This document shows, in pieces, positions 63,095 through 64,000 of a stretch of 64,000 bases of DNA. The notes beneath the pieces were generated by a model, which did no database searches, was not told the DNA's origin, and saw only the letters and a list, made by a program, of their open reading frames with translations. The stretch comes from Halosegnis sp. GTDB lineage: Archaea > Halobacteriota > Halobacteria > Halobacteriales > Haloarculaceae. The DNA is taken from the NCBI RefSeq assembly GCF_042216475.1, contig NZ_JBDGTV010000016.1:26778-90777 (forward strand), written 5' to 3'. Made by a program: the position numbers and the translations under genes. How positions within the stretch are numbered: position 1 is the stretch's first letter; each line of letters starts with the position of its first letter.

Positions 63095-64000
63095 ATGACC
63101 GACGATATCGTCGTGCTCGGCTCCGGCTACGCCGGAACGGGCGCGGTGAAGCGGCTCGAGCGAGAACTCGACGGCGAGGCAGACCTGGCCTGGGTGTCCG
63201 ACGTCGACCACCATCTCGTCCTGCACGAGTCACACCGCATTATCCGTAATCCGGATGTCCGTGATCGTATCACCTTCGACTGCGAGGAGCTGAAGACCCC
63301 CTCGACGCGGTTCATCAACGCTCGGGTAGATGGCTTAGACACCGACGAACAAACAGTTCAACTCGCCGACGGATCGACAATCGATTACGACTACGTACTC
63401 GTTGCATTCGGCTCGCAAACAGCCTTCTTCGGTATCGACGGACTGGAGGAACATTCGCTGACGCTCAAGAGTCTTCAAGACGCCCTCGATATCCACGAGG
63501 CGGTCAAGGACGCTGCCGCCGAGGCGACGAAGGACGACCCTGCGCAGGTAGTCGTCGGCGGCGCCGGGCTATCGGGGATACAGTCAGCCGGCGAGATCGC
63601 GGAGTTCCGCGATCGCCATCGCGCGCCAATCGACATCCACCTTGTCGAGGGGCTGGACAACGTCTTCCCAAACAACGATCCCGTCGTGCAGGCGAAGCTA
63701 GCAAAGCTGCTTGATGAGCATGGCGTGAACGTGATGACCGGCGAGTTCATCGGCGAGGTTGACGAAAACACGGTCTACGTGGGCGAGGAGACGGAACTCG
63801 ACTACGATGTGCTGCTGTGGACTGGCGGTATTACTGGCCAAGACGCCGCGGCCACAGCGGATGTAGAAAAGGACGAGCGGAGCAACCGCATCCACGCCGA
63901 CCGTGACTTCACGACAAACGATGAACGGGTGTTCGCCATCGGTGACGCTGCGCTTGTCGACCAGCCGGGTGACAATCCCGCGCCACCGACAGCACAGGCC
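63095..64000 (+). CDS. Type II NADH dehydrogenase-like FAD-dependent oxidoreductase (3' end beyond window)
   Basis: Not in the track because no stop codon falls in the window. It reads MTDDIVVLGSGYAGTG, has a second dinucleotide fold VVVGGAGLSGIQ, and carries FAIGDAA. Confidence 0.8.
   Translation, partial: MTDDIVVLGSGYAGTGAVKRLERELDGEADLAWVSDVDHHLVLHESHRIIRNPDVRDRITFDCEELKTPSTRFINARVDGLDTDEQTVQLADGSTIDYDYVLVAFGSQTAFFGIDGLEEHSLTLKSLQDALDIHEAVKDAAAEATKDDPAQVVVGGAGLSGIQSAGEIAEFRDRHRAPIDIHLVEGLDNVFPNNDPVVQAKLAKLLDEHGVNVMTGEFIGEVDENTVYVGEETELDYDVLLWTGGITGQDAAATADVEKDERSNRIHADRDFTTNDERVFAIGDAALVDQPGDNPAPPTAQA

Overview
This is a 64-kb, roughly two-thirds G+C chromosomal segment. Its proteins are strongly acidic and its genes are tightly packed, with many 4- or 8-nt start/stop overlaps and TATA boxes about 25-30 nt upstream of start codons (leaderless transcripts). 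That pattern is typical of a haloarchaeon (class Halobacteria). I support about 70 protein genes, almost all housekeeping:
- the rpa1-rpap1-rpe ssDNA-binding operon followed by an Lhr helicase
- a hisC / AK6-like kinase / CDP-alcohol phosphatidyltransferase operon
- an eight-gene branched-chain amino-acid operon on the minus strand (IPMS/citramalate synthase, ilvB, ilvN, ilvC, small ORF, leuC, leuD, leuB)
- an N-glycosylation neighbourhood (two GT2 genes, a TrmB regulator, aglB, DUF368)
- purM, cmk and psmB
- the topoisomerase block top6A-top6B / gyrB-gyrA

I found no rRNA, tRNA, CRISPR array, transposase, integrase or prophage signature. Only three non-coding gaps exceed 250 nt.

The observations most worth a second look are:
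- aglB abutting a DUF368 membrane protein with a 0-nt gap, a candidate dolichyl-phosphate recycling step
- a TraB/PrgY-family protein translationally coupled to a minimal site-2 protease
- a one-nucleotide frame discontinuity at the 5' end of the first gene of the BCAA operon
- a GC-rich, hairpin-dense 269-nt non-coding gap beside psmB, a candidate structured RNA
- a doubly overlapped small acidic ORF with an internal ADIDHT repeat inside the ilv-leu operon
- an alternating-CG palindrome just upstream of the gyrB promoter

All functional calls come from motifs I recognise in the translated ORFs. No database search was run.
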